Assembly: GCA_965262115.1 (NCBI GenBank)
Contig: OZ253496.1
Location: 96,001-160,000 of the forward strand
From: Nitrospinales bacterium
Lineage (GTDB): Bacteria > Nitrospinota > Nitrospinia > Nitrospinales > VA-1
Length of the DNA stretch: 64,000 bases
Direction of reading: 5' to 3'
Shown: piece by piece, positions 62,028 through 64,000 of the stretch
How positions within the stretch are numbered: the first letter of the stretch is position 1
Layout: each line of letters begins with the position of its first letter
Notes under the pieces: generated by a model
Databases searched by the model: none
Told to the model about the DNA's origin: nothing
The model's input: only the letters and a program-made list of their open reading frames with translations
Program-made: the position numbers and the translations under genes

Positions 62028-64000
62028 TTAAAACCGGATGTCGCCTTTCAGCATGATGGCGTGATCAGCGGTGCTGCTGTTACTCTCTCTGCGCTCACCG
62101 GTCAGGTTCAGGTCAAACAACGCATCAATTTCCCATCTCATCCCCAGGCGGTAACTCCGGGAAGAGCCGCCCAAGGTCATCTCACTCCAGGGAGTCAGCA
62201 GTCCTCGTCTGCCGGGAGCGGTCAGCCCGTAACCAAGACGCACGTCCATCCGCGCGCCGTAATCCCGGCTGGTCTCGTCGCGCAGTCTCTGCTGCCATAG
62301 TTTTTGCGTGCCACTGTCTGCACTGCCGTAGCCGGGACTCAGGCTGAACGACAGTCCCCGCCCGTTTCTGCTCTGCTCCAGGAGAATCAGGCCGGAAACG
62401 CCCCATTCCTCATAATTGTCCCGTCCCACCAGAGTCCGCGCCCTGCCTTCCAGAGTCAGGCCGACGATCGGATCGGTGTAGCGGAAACCGGCACCCAGCT
62501 CGGCCCCGAAACCGGTCTCGCCGTCGCCGCCGTCATACCGTACTCCGACCTCCAGGCTCGGCTCCACATAAGCCCCGTCAGACAACATGTGCTTATGGGC
62601 CCCTTCCCAGGCCATCCGAAACAGGCTGGCCTCCACATCCAGTGCTTCTATACCATCGTTGCCCTCCACTTCCAGCTCGGTCAGCAGGGCTGAACCCTTG
62701 AGCCGGAACGTGGTCGATCCCACCCGCGGCAGCTGATAATCACCGCCCGCGCTCACAGTCCGCGTCTCGACATCGCTCGCTACCCGGCCCTGACCGTCAT
62801 CGGTGATCTCAAGATCACCCCAGCCGTAGCCGACAGTGGCCCACAGGTCCAGTTGTCCGGCCAGAGCCTCCCAGTTCACATAAGGGTGGACGCTGGTGAG
62901 GTCCAGCTTGTGACCGCCGCTCAGGTCGAGGCCTCCTCTGTAGTCAAGATCACTCTGGCTCCAGGACACTGCCAGACCGACCAGCAGGTCGTCACGCGGC
63001 TGGGCGTCCAGTCCCATATGGGCACTGAACAGGTCGCCGTCGAAGTCCACGCTCCCGCCGGAACCGTTGAAGTTTCTATAGCCGCCCCCGCCCCATAAAG
63101 TCAGGGAGGACAGGACTCCGCCGCCCATGCCGTCCACATTATTCAGCGGCAACACGAAATCAGAGTTGCCCAGCACATCCTTAAGACTCAGCGTACCATC
63201 GGCGATGGCCTGCCCGTGGGCAGATGCCGCCCCGGCCAATGTGGACTGCCCGGCGATAGTGACCGACCGGGTGCTACCGCCGCTCCTGGGGAGAACCCGA
63301 CAACGTCACCGTGAAGGTGGCGTCAGCGCCTTCGGCCACGCTGCTGTCCGGCCCTGAGATCGACACCGTCGCCGCGTTATTGACATTGGTCACGGTGAGA
63401 TCAAAGGCCGGCAAGGCCACCGGCGCGGCGATGTTGTCCGTGACGCTGATCACAATCCACGTGGTGGTGATGCCGGCATCATCGTTGCCCGGTGTGCCGG
63501 TCAGGGCACCCGTGGTATCGTCAAACCTGGCCCAGGAGGGCATTCTGTTGATCGAATAGGTCAGGGTGTCGCCGTCAATATCCTCGCCCGTGGGCATGAA
63601 GCTGTAGGCCTCACCCTGAGCCACCGTGACTGCCGGCGTGCCCGTGATCGTCGGCGCGTCATTCTGGGCGGTGATGGTGAGGGTTGCCTGGGCGTATCCT
63701 CTGCTGTGGTGATCGCCGCACCGTCTGTGGTCGGCGCCTGGTTGGGGGCCAAAACCGTGATGGTGAAACTCAGGGTATCCGTGCGGCCACCTCTATCCGT
63801 GACGGTGTAGATCATATCAGACACGTCGACCACGGTCGGCGTACCAGACAAGGTACGGGTGCCTGGCTCAAAACTCAGCCCGTCCGGCACCGGGGCCAGC
63901 GCGTAAGTTTGGCCCCGGCCGAGTGCGGCGGGCAACACCAGATCGTCTATCGTCATGCCTACGGTATAGGTCTGGTTAGCCACTATCTCCTGGAATAACG
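62028..64000 (-). pseudogene. Fragmented autotransporter-like adhesin (Ig/cadherin-like domains plus C-terminal barrel), running off the window
   Basis: Three frames (63561-63983, 63274-63624, 62028-63239) with LSGTPT, DIDGDTLTYSI, VAEGADATFTVTLS; barrel ending DIRF; GC-rich. Confidence 0.78.

Overview
The window has two parts. Bases ~1-2770 are AT-rich and eukaryote-like, with two clean spliceosomal exons on the minus strand. They are joined abruptly to a truncated bacterial moaE. The rest is a bacterial chromosome segment; the gene content suggests Nitrospinota, possibly a host-associated symbiont, but this is inference. Housekeeping and metabolic genes include moaCDE, an insulinase, an ABC1 kinase, a class II aldolase, msbA-oleA-oleB, ahcY, aguAB, mfd-PPIase-surA-tilS-ftsH-folP-pdxJ, gap-tpiA-secG-tRNA-Leu, a split cytochrome bc complex with an octaheme cytochrome c, and metF. 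Decayed genes include flgB, fliE, a GGDEF fragment, two autotransporters and IS5 transposases. The most striking signal is a layered mobile-DNA system. A ~40-bp element (TACCC-hairpin...ATCAC) appears to insert precisely without target duplication, including into itself, into other repeats and into an IS5 gene. Two IS110 copies sit at the same position in this element, and their non-coding ends carry readable bridge-RNA guides for target TTTACCC-CT-TCGGG and donor ACAGTTG-CT-TGTAT. An IS5-derived 126-bp MITE with a 9-bp target duplication is also present.
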